A stretch of 64,000 bases of DNA from Candidatus Saccharimonadota bacterium (GTDB lineage: Bacteria; Patescibacteriota; Saccharimonadia; Saccharimonadales; Saccharimonadaceae). The notes under the pieces were generated by a model. That model did not search any database, had not been told where the DNA came from, and saw only the letters and a list, made by a program, of their open reading frames with translations. Made by a program: the position numbers and the translations under genes. The first letter of the stretch is position 1. Each line of letters opens with the position of its first letter. The DNA is taken from positions 78,866 through 142,865 of the forward strand of contig JAFRJK010000008.1 in the NCBI GenBank assembly GCA_017432305.1. The letters run 5' to 3'. This document shows, one piece after another, positions 45,657 to 52,346 of the stretch.

Positions 45657-45864
45657 TTGGATTTTTGGAGGGGTGGGTATTATTCTAGTTCGAACGGTGG
45701 TATTTGGGGTCGCATTATAGCAAAATTCATGCGGACGAAGGTGACCGTAGACGGCGATCGTAGTGGCGACATTAATACTGGTGTGATGAGTGGCGAGACT
45801 ACCACTTTCGTAGCTTCATCTTGGGCAGACCCTCGAGGTGCGGGGTATTTTATCCGTTGCGTAG
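45657..45864 (+). repeat. FWRGG-IRC cassette E17
   Basis: Head at 45657-45677. Reads LDFWRGGYYSSSNGGIWGRIIAKFMRTKVTVDGDRSGDINTGVMSGETTTFVASSWADPRGAGYFIRCVA, then a stop. Confidence 0.85.
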
Positions 45865-45918
45865 CTTAAACTCTGCAACAGATACGAAATCCATGTTATA
45901 ATCTTAAAAAGGAGTCTT

Positions 45919-46464
45919 ATGAATATTTATGATTTTGAACTTAAAAACCGAGACGGGAAAAGCGTAAAAATGTCCGATTTTAAGGGGAAAGTTCTCATCA
46001 TCGTCAACACTGCGACTGGCTGTGGCTTCACTCCCCAATACGAAGGCCTTGAAAATCTCTATAAAAAATACCACGAAAAAGGTCTTGAAATCCTCGATTT
46101 TCCTTGTGATCAATTCGGCCACCAAGCCCCTGGAACTGACGACGAAATCCATAACTTCTGTGTCTTAAAATACAACACGACTTTTGACCAACTCGCTAAA
46201 ACAGAGGTAAATGGCGATAAGACCGAGCCGCTCTGGACTTTTCTTAAGGAAAAAATCGAAGACGATGAGATAAAAGGCGCGAAAAATAAACTCGCAATGG
46301 TCGCAATCTCGAAACTAGCGAAAAAAACTGGCGAAAAAGGTTTTATTAAGTGGAATTTCACGAAATTTCTCGTCGATAAAGAGGGAAATGTCATCGGCCG
46401 TTTCTCTCCGACGATGAAACCTGAAGAATTTGAAGATAAAATTATTTCGGCACTCGACCTCTAA
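45919..46464 (+). CDS. Glutathione peroxidase family protein (Cys type)
   Basis: LIIVNTATGCGFTPQYEGLENLY and WNFTKFLVDKEG motifs. Confidence 0.9.
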   Translation: MNIYDFELKNRDGKSVKMSDFKGKVLIIVNTATGCGFTPQYEGLENLYKKYHEKGLEILDFPCDQFGHQAPGTDDEIHNFCVLKYNTTFDQLAKTEVNGDKTEPLWTFLKEKIEDDEIKGAKNKLAMVAISKLAKKTGEKGFIKWNFTKFLVDKEGNVIGRFSPTMKPEEFEDKIISALDL

Positions 46465-46473
46465 TTTAAGAAA

Positions 46474-46701
46474 ATGCGCTGCGCTGTATCTGTTAAACCT
46501 GGTTCAAAAGCGGAAAAACTCGAGATTTCGGGCGATAAAATTTTGATTCGCACTCCGAAACGCGCCCACGACGGCGAGGCAAACGACGCCGTCATAAAAA
46601 TCCTCTCGAAACATTTTCATGTCGCGAAGGGGAATATTACGATTCTTCGCGGGAAAACCTCTCGAGAAAAGCTAGTCGAAATCATCGGAAAACCCGCCTA
46701 A
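46474..46701 (+). CDS. DUF167 (YggU-like) small protein
   Basis: VKPGSKAEKLEI...DGEANDAVIKILSKHFHVAKGNITILRGKTSREK. Confidence 0.65.
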   Translation: MRCAVSVKPGSKAEKLEISGDKILIRTPKRAHDGEANDAVIKILSKHFHVAKGNITILRGKTSREKLVEIIGKPA

Positions 46702-46748
46702 AATTCCCGAAAATCTCTAGCCGAAGCCTGTCTACTGTGTTCTAATAC

Positions 46749-46777
46749 TTGACAATAATAAGCATATGTGCTATAAT
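46749..46777 (+). promoter_or_regulatory. Consensus sigma-70 promoter TTGACA-17-TGcTATAAT
   Basis: TTGACA at 46749-46754 and TATAAT at 46772-46777 with an extended -10 TG. A leader of about 125 nt follows. Confidence 0.7.
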
Positions 46778-46906
46778 GAGGGTATCCTGGTTGAAAGGGC
46801 CAGTCATTCTAATTACCCTTTTGAACCCTGAAAAATTGGTGAGATGTAACTATTGACACACTTTTTTCTCCCCTAGGGGGGACACACAAAATAGGAGGAA
46901 AAAAAT

Positions 46907-47689
46907 ATGTTTGATCAGTTAACAAAAGACCTCATGGCGGAACATGAGGCGATGAAAAATATCCTGGCGGGTAAGGATAAGAATAAACCCGCAAAGCCGA
47001 TCGTAAAGGCCGACGGCACCCCTGTCAAGTCCGAACCCACAAAGGCGGACGAAGATAAGAAGGATGCCGATAAGGCAGAACCTAAGAGGACCGTCAAGAA
47101 AGTTGTCCAGAAGGACGACAAGAAGGATGAACCGAAGGATTCCGGTAAGCCTGACTCTGAGAAGGCTGACAAGGCAGACCCTAAGGATACTCCGAAGAAA
47201 GGCGATTCGAAGCCGATTAAGAATTCGGCACTCGAGGCCATAACTGAGGCGTTCCAGTATGCGAAGACCGACTCCTTGAATAAGGATGTCCAGGCCGCTA
47301 TACAGGGAGAGCCGATAACGGATAACCTCCGTAAGACGCTCGAAGTCCTCGTGGACAACGAGAAGTTCTGTCAGTTTCTCCTCTCTCAGTGCGAAGTCGC
47401 GAAGAGTAGGGAAAGAGACAGGCAGTATACGCTATCTCATAAGTACGTCGACATCGACGGAGACGGAATACCGGATGTAGCAATCGAGGCTCTCGGTAAC
47501 CGAGATCTCGGGTTATACAACATCGAGATTAAGGTTATACGCACTGACAAGGACGGCAAGGAAATCGGCGAAGCCACAGCGGCTGAAGCCGAGAAGTATC
47601 TTAAGGAACTCAACAAGGCAAAGGACACCCCGAAGGGTGGCGATAAGGGTGGTTCTGAGCCCAATCCGGAGGCCGACGAGGCCGAATAA
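46907..47689 (+). CDS. Hypothetical Lys/Asp-rich protein (260 aa), higher-GC island
   Basis: AGGAGG is the RBS. The N-terminal half is low-complexity K/D/P-rich. Codon usage (AAG, GAC, CCG) differs from the surrounding genes. Confidence 0.5.
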   Translation: MFDQLTKDLMAEHEAMKNILAGKDKNKPAKPIVKADGTPVKSEPTKADEDKKDADKAEPKRTVKKVVQKDDKKDEPKDSGKPDSEKADKADPKDTPKKGDSKPIKNSALEAITEAFQYAKTDSLNKDVQAAIQGEPITDNLRKTLEVLVDNEKFCQFLLSQCEVAKSRERDRQYTLSHKYVDIDGDGIPDVAIEALGNRDLGLYNIEIKVIRTDKDGKEIGEATAAEAEKYLKELNKAKDTPKGGDKGGSEPNPEADEAE

Positions 47690-47858
47690 AAATCTCACCA
47701 ATCTTACGGGAAGGTCGCTAGTCTAGCGGCCTTTTCTCATCTTAAGAAATCTTTAAAGATCGCCCAAAAACCCTATTTAACCATAAAAACTTTAGAAAAT
47801 CAAGACTTTTCCACCCCTCACCCCTGTTTTTAGCCATAAGCGAAATATGTTATAACTA

Positions 47859-47887
47859 TTGACTTTTACGCTTATGTATGCTATAAT
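47859..47887 (+). promoter_or_regulatory. Consensus promoter TTGACT-17-TGcTATAAT
   Basis: TTGACT at 47859-47864 and TATAAT at 47882-47887. The ATGT(A/G)TGCTATAATG block is shared with the 46749 promoter. Confidence 0.7.
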
Positions 47888-47893
47888 GTAAGT

Positions 47894-48168
47894 AGTCAGT
47901 GGGAGTGGGCTCCGGGCCCATAAAGATACGTGAAAACGTCTTTAGGAAACCGGCTTAAAATCACCTCATCGACGACCATTAAAAACCGAATCATCTCAGG
48001 TACAAATGTACCTGTTTATATATGTGGCATGTCTGGTTTCATGCCACGTCCCGCTCGCGGGATTTCCGGTTCGCCGGAAAGGAGTCGAGAGGGGCGTGGT
48101 GAACCCCTCTCGGCTTTCTTGCACACGAAAATATACATTTTTTGGCGGATAGCCACGGAGGTAGAAAT
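47894..48168 (+). ncRNA. ~275-nt highly structured leader / candidate cis-regulatory RNA or sRNA
   Basis: Six consecutive hairpins. Five are strong: CAGGTACA/TGTACCTG, GTGGCATG/CATGCCAC, TCCCG-ctcg-CGGGA, CCGG-ttcg-CCGG and CGAGAGGGG/CCCCTCTCG. The first (TGGGC/GCCCA) is weak. No ORF with an RBS is present. Confidence 0.4.
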
Positions 48169-48798
48169 ATGAAACTAGTTATAGGTTTAGTTATCGCGAT
48201 TTTAATCGCACGACAATTTACATTAGCAATAGAAGCAGGCAGTATAGATGATGACGGAACAGTAACGTTTACTCCGAAGCCTACGACAAAACTTTGTTTC
48301 GTAGGAATCGCTGGAATCGTTATGTACATTTTCTATATGCTTGGCCTTTCGAACCCGAAGGCAGTCCTTTGGTTCACGGCCGTTGCTTCTTTCGCTTTAT
48401 TGCTATGGTACAACCGAGTGTCTTACAATATTCCGGAAATGTTCGCCCCGATACTACTCAGTTTCGTTGGGCTGACTTTCGCGTCACTTGCGAACGGAAT
48501 AATGAAGGTAAACAATGTGGCGCCTTGGATTTTTATAATCGTTGAGGCGCTCCTCGCCGTTCTTGTGATTTTCATAGGAATTCGGCACACATCCGAAGAG
48601 TCGAAAGAGTTGTCGGATGACGCCGATGACCCCTCTTCGCCCAAGCTACGGGATATCTGGAAGGAAATCCCTCTGAAGGATTACCTTGGACTCGTGGACT
48701 GGAAAGCAGTTTTCGTTTTTATAGCAAAATCTGCTGTAATCGTAGGCTTAGTTGCTGGCTTGGTTTATTTACAAATCAGCCGTAACTTCTTCTTTTGA
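48169..48798 (+). CDS. Polytopic membrane protein (209 aa), island gene
   Basis: GGAGG lies 7 nt before the ATG at 48169. Five to six hydrophobic segments. Confidence 0.55.
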   Translation: MKLVIGLVIAILIARQFTLAIEAGSIDDDGTVTFTPKPTTKLCFVGIAGIVMYIFYMLGLSNPKAVLWFTAVASFALLLWYNRVSYNIPEMFAPILLSFVGLTFASLANGIMKVNNVAPWIFIIVEALLAVLVIFIGIRHTSEESKELSDDADDPSSPKLRDIWKEIPLKDYLGLVDWKAVFVFIAKSAVIVGLVAGLVYLQISRNFFF

Positions 48799-48816
48799 GA
48801 AAAGGGGGACAAAACT

Positions 48817-50508
48817 ATGAAAAAAATAGGAATCTTTGGCTGGCTTGTAATCATAATCATAGCCGGCGCAGGTTTAACTTGGGTAGTTGGGCACGGTTTC
48901 AACTATCTTAAGAACTGGAAAGCAGAAATGGCGCAATATGACGACAATATCGACGGTTTAACGAGCGCCGATGGAACTGTCGCGAATACTAGCGAGAACA
49001 AGGTTTCCGTGAACGAAGTTACGCCCGACGTTGGAGAAGATGAATGGGCAAAAGCCGAAGCTGAGGCTAAGGCAGAACTCGCGGCGGAAGCCGAAGCGGA
49101 GAATGAGGGTTTAGACCCGACCGACCCGCTTTACGACCTGAAGCTCAGTCTTCTTGTTAATATCGACGAAGAAACTCTCGCGAAATTAGAGAGTTTTCCG
49201 CTCGATTTCGATGACAGCTCAATGCCGAATCGGAATGAAGAGCGAACCCTCGCCGCTTCTAAAGTTGGCTGGGGAACGGAAGGAAAGCGTATGTATGATG
49301 CAGTTGCTTTTCCTTACGCGAACGTCGAGAAAGACAAGAAGTACACGAAGGAAGATGCTGAAGCGATGGATCGTGAACAGCGCGCGAGAAACATCCAGAA
49401 CCTTGTGGTTCAAAAGATGATTCTCGATGCCTGGGCTTACATCACAATCCAGGATGGCACTTCGGTTGCGGGAGTCAACAAAGAGTGGGTAGATATATAC
49501 AACGATTACTACAAACAGTATGGACTTGGTGCGTTCGTAACGTACCATACGAAATACTGGGAGAAGTACGGAATAGAATTACCCCACGACGGTGAGAGTA
49601 AGAAGGAATGGTATAAAAACCATCCTGACGCTCCTCCAATCACAAAAGAGCTTAAGGAAATCGTCTTAAACAACGACGGCTCGAAAAAGCTTTTCGTATC
49701 CGCTTATTCCGAGAAAATCGGAAAGCGAATTAACGCGTGGTTAGACCGCTGTACGCTCGAAGGTGTCGAGAAGTATTCGACTTGGAATTATTGGTACTTG
49801 AACGACCAACTCAATGCGAATTGGGTTGAGGCGCTTCATAACACCGATAAGGATAAGGTCGAGACTTTACTCGCAAATATGTATGCCGTTTACGTTAAAT
49901 ACGATAACGGCAAAGAGCGTGTCATCCTCGTAGGTTTTAATATCTACGACGGGCGAATCATCATCGTTGAGCCGAAGGCTAAGCCGGCAACGGCGAAGCC
50001 GAGTTCAAATACCGGGAAGAAGCCTTCGGGGAAATCACCAACCCCGCAAAGCATAACATCTGTAATTCCGGTTAACCCAACTCCTACCCCGACAGGCACT
50101 CCAACGCCTACGCCTACGCCAGTTCCGTCACCTACACCCGTACCGGATCCGGAGAAAAATCCTCTGGATGACCCTGTCCATAAGGGTAATGCGGATACTG
50201 GCGGAAAGGATAATGTTCCCGGTCAATCTGATCCTGGCGCGCCTAGCGAAGATCATTCGAAGGATGACATGCAGGACGCTGGCGGTGGCTCCGATAACAA
50301 CGGAGGCCACTCTGATCCCGTCACAGTCACTCCTGAAACTCCTGGCGGAGGCGACTCCGGCGGAAGTGGCGGTTCCGGTGGCTCCGGTGGCGGAGACGAC
50401 GAAAACAAACAAAATTATGGCGATGACGGTGGGTCTGGCTCTAATAATGGTGGAGACGACGGCAGCGCTGGAAACGGCGGCGAAGAAATTACATTACCAC
50501 CAACCTAA
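48817..50508 (+). CDS. Membrane-anchored or secreted protein with a PT-rich linker and Gly/Asp-rich tail (563 aa)
   Basis: N-terminal TM segment, then PTPTPTGTPTPTPTPVPSPTPVP and a GGSGGSGGSGGG tail. No catalytic motif recognised. Confidence 0.55.
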   Translation: MKKIGIFGWLVIIIIAGAGLTWVVGHGFNYLKNWKAEMAQYDDNIDGLTSADGTVANTSENKVSVNEVTPDVGEDEWAKAEAEAKAELAAEAEAENEGLDPTDPLYDLKLSLLVNIDEETLAKLESFPLDFDDSSMPNRNEERTLAASKVGWGTEGKRMYDAVAFPYANVEKDKKYTKEDAEAMDREQRARNIQNLVVQKMILDAWAYITIQDGTSVAGVNKEWVDIYNDYYKQYGLGAFVTYHTKYWEKYGIELPHDGESKKEWYKNHPDAPPITKELKEIVLNNDGSKKLFVSAYSEKIGKRINAWLDRCTLEGVEKYSTWNYWYLNDQLNANWVEALHNTDKDKVETLLANMYAVYVKYDNGKERVILVGFNIYDGRIIIVEPKAKPATAKPSSNTGKKPSGKSPTPQSITSVIPVNPTPTPTGTPTPTPTPVPSPTPVPDPEKNPLDDPVHKGNADTGGKDNVPGQSDPGAPSEDHSKDDMQDAGGGSDNNGGHSDPVTVTPETPGGGDSGGSGGSGGSGGGDDENKQNYGDDGGSGSNNGGDDGSAGNGGEEITLPPT

Positions 50509-50560
50509 TTCATCCCAATCATTCGGGGAACGACAAACCACATATGATGTACCTTATACT

Positions 50561-50584
50561 TGGGGGAGCTCATTTGCTCCCCCA
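50561..50584 (+). terminator. 9-bp GC-rich hairpin at the island end
   Basis: TGGGGGAGC-tcattt-GCTCCCCCA with no clear T-tract. Confidence 0.45.
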
Positions 50585-50728
50585 GTATCCAAAAATTTGT
50601 ATTTGAGACGATTCGGTTTTATATGGTTAAGACGAAAATTAACAATTCGGCTAGCAAACCATTTATAAAACCATCTTTTATATTAACTTTAATTTTTTTA
50701 TTTCTACTTAAATTAAGAAAGGAGCTTT

Positions 50729-52186
50729 ATGAAAAAAGCTATTAAAATCGCTGCGATTACTGCTGCTGTCGTTGCTGCTGGTGCAGTTACAACCGCTGTA
50801 GTTTCCGCTTGGGGTGATAACACCGGCGGTCGTAGAACCTATACTGTCGACGAGATCAACAAAGGTGCTCTTGGCGACAAAATCGTCTTTAACTCAATTA
50901 AAGACGACACTCTTCCAAAAGATAATATCCACGATGAACGTAACTTCGTTGGCGCTCGTGACGCTACCGTCGCTAACAATGGTTGGAACGGTAATGATAT
51001 CGAAGTTGAAGAAGGTAAAACTTATTATGTTCGCCTTTACGTCCACAACAATAACCCTAAAGGTACAAAAGCTGTAGCAAAGGACGTTACTGTTAACTTT
51101 AGCCTCCCAACCGTCGTTTCTACTGAACAACGTGTTGATGGTTATATTAACGCTTCGAACGCAACTCCTTCTAAATATTGGGATGACGTTGTGTTCAAAT
51201 CAAAAGATGGTCGTAAATTCTACCTCGATTATATCGAAGGTTCCGCACTTCTCGAAAACAACAGCGTCGGTAAAAAACCTGGCCTAACCCTTTCGGATAG
51301 TGTTGTTACTTCCGGTACAAAAATCGGTTATGATGCTTTAAATGGTGAAGTTCCTGGCTGTTACCAATATGCTAACTACATCACAATTAAAGTTAAACCA
51401 GTTTTCGAATCTTCTGAGATTCAAAAGACTGTTCGTAAACTTACTGATGAAAAGTTTAGTGAGAGCGTAACTGCTAAAATTGGTGAAACTGTCGAGTATC
51501 AAATTCTTTATAAGAACTTAAACAACTCGGAAGTTAAAGATGTCACCCTTCGTGACTCTCTCCCAACCAACATGGAATATATTAAGGGTTCAACAATCCT
51601 TTACAACTCTAACAACCCTAAAGGCTTAACTTATAACACTAACGATAAACTCACAACTGAGGGTATTAATATCGGTGGTTATAAAGTTGGTGGTAACGCA
51701 TACATTCGTTTCCGCGCAACTGTTAAAGATGCAAGCCTCGTTTGTGGCAATAACCGCCTTATTAACTGGGCAAAAGCTGTGAACCGCGTTGGTACTTCGA
51801 CAAATGTCGACTACTTCGCAGTCCAAGATTCTGCAATTGTCCTCGTCGATAAAGAATGTGAAAAGCCAGAAATTGTTAAATGTACAATTAAAGATGGTAA
51901 ATACTATGGCAAGGCAGGCAACGTTGTCGATGAAGCAACTTACAAGGAAGAATGTGAAAAGCCAGATGATCCAGAGACTACAAAATGTGCAGTCAAGGAT
52001 GGCAAATATTATGGTAAGGATGGCGCAATCGTAGACGAAGCTACCTACAAGAGAGAATGTGAAAGCCCAGAAGATAAGAAACTCCCAGATACTGGTGCAT
52101 CAGCAATCGCTGCTGGCGCAGTTGGTCTTGGTGGTACCGTTTCCGCTGCTGGTTACTACATCGCTAGCCGCAAACAATTACGCTAA
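50729..52186 (+). CDS. LPXTG cell-wall-anchored surface protein (DUF11/TIGR01451-like repeat domain plus Cys-bracketed tandem repeats)
   Basis: Signal peptide. GETVEYQILYKNLNNSEVKDVTLRDSLPTNMEYIKGS. A C-terminal LPDTG, hydrophobic stretch and RKQLR sorting signal. Confidence 0.8.
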   Translation: MKKAIKIAAITAAVVAAGAVTTAVVSAWGDNTGGRRTYTVDEINKGALGDKIVFNSIKDDTLPKDNIHDERNFVGARDATVANNGWNGNDIEVEEGKTYYVRLYVHNNNPKGTKAVAKDVTVNFSLPTVVSTEQRVDGYINASNATPSKYWDDVVFKSKDGRKFYLDYIEGSALLENNSVGKKPGLTLSDSVVTSGTKIGYDALNGEVPGCYQYANYITIKVKPVFESSEIQKTVRKLTDEKFSESVTAKIGETVEYQILYKNLNNSEVKDVTLRDSLPTNMEYIKGSTILYNSNNPKGLTYNTNDKLTTEGINIGGYKVGGNAYIRFRATVKDASLVCGNNRLINWAKAVNRVGTSTNVDYFAVQDSAIVLVDKECEKPEIVKCTIKDGKYYGKAGNVVDEATYKEECEKPDDPETTKCAVKDGKYYGKDGAIVDEATYKRECESPEDKKLPDTGASAIAAGAVGLGGTVSAAGYYIASRKQLR

Positions 52187-52241
52187 TTAAAGGCCGCTCT
52201 AAGTATAAAACTTAGGCGCTAGCACGAGTTAGCGCACGAAG

Positions 52242-52277
52242 ATCCCCCAACTCGAAAGACGCGGGGGATTTTTGTTG
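52242..52277 (+). terminator. Intrinsic terminator
   Basis: ATCCCCC-14 nt-GGGGGAT followed by TTTTGTTG. Confidence 0.65.
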
Positions 52278-52346
52278 TAAAAACCTCGCTGTCCGCCGGA
52301 AAGTATGTTGACCTTATCAATATGCTTATGGTATAATTTACCCGTG

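Noticed and set aside
45467-45688. Track ORFs overlap tRNA genes (45467..45688 here, also 27244..27426 and 1536..1793 / 1175..1804).
   Set aside because: They run through well-formed tRNA genes and terminators and have no RBS, so they are spurious.
9258-45864. The cassettes could be template or variable repeats of a diversity-generating retroelement. The RGG..W/Y start and G.(I/F)RC end resemble CLec-fold DGR variable regions followed by a hairpin.
   Set aside because: No reverse transcriptase or accessory gene is in the window. The copies differ almost everywhere, not only at adenines, and they also differ in length. The idea remains worth excluding genome-wide by searching for an RT.
9258-45869. 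The ORF track lists the cassettes as small proteins beginning MDFWRGG (70-130 aa).
   Set aside because: Except in E4, the initial M is a TTG codon translated as a start. There is no SD or leaderless promoter. Several ORFs simply read through the tail into a neighbouring cassette or gene (for example 9216..9695, 28651..29049 and 32808..33218). E8 and E12 carry stops in the head. I therefore annotate them as repeats or cassettes, not CDS.
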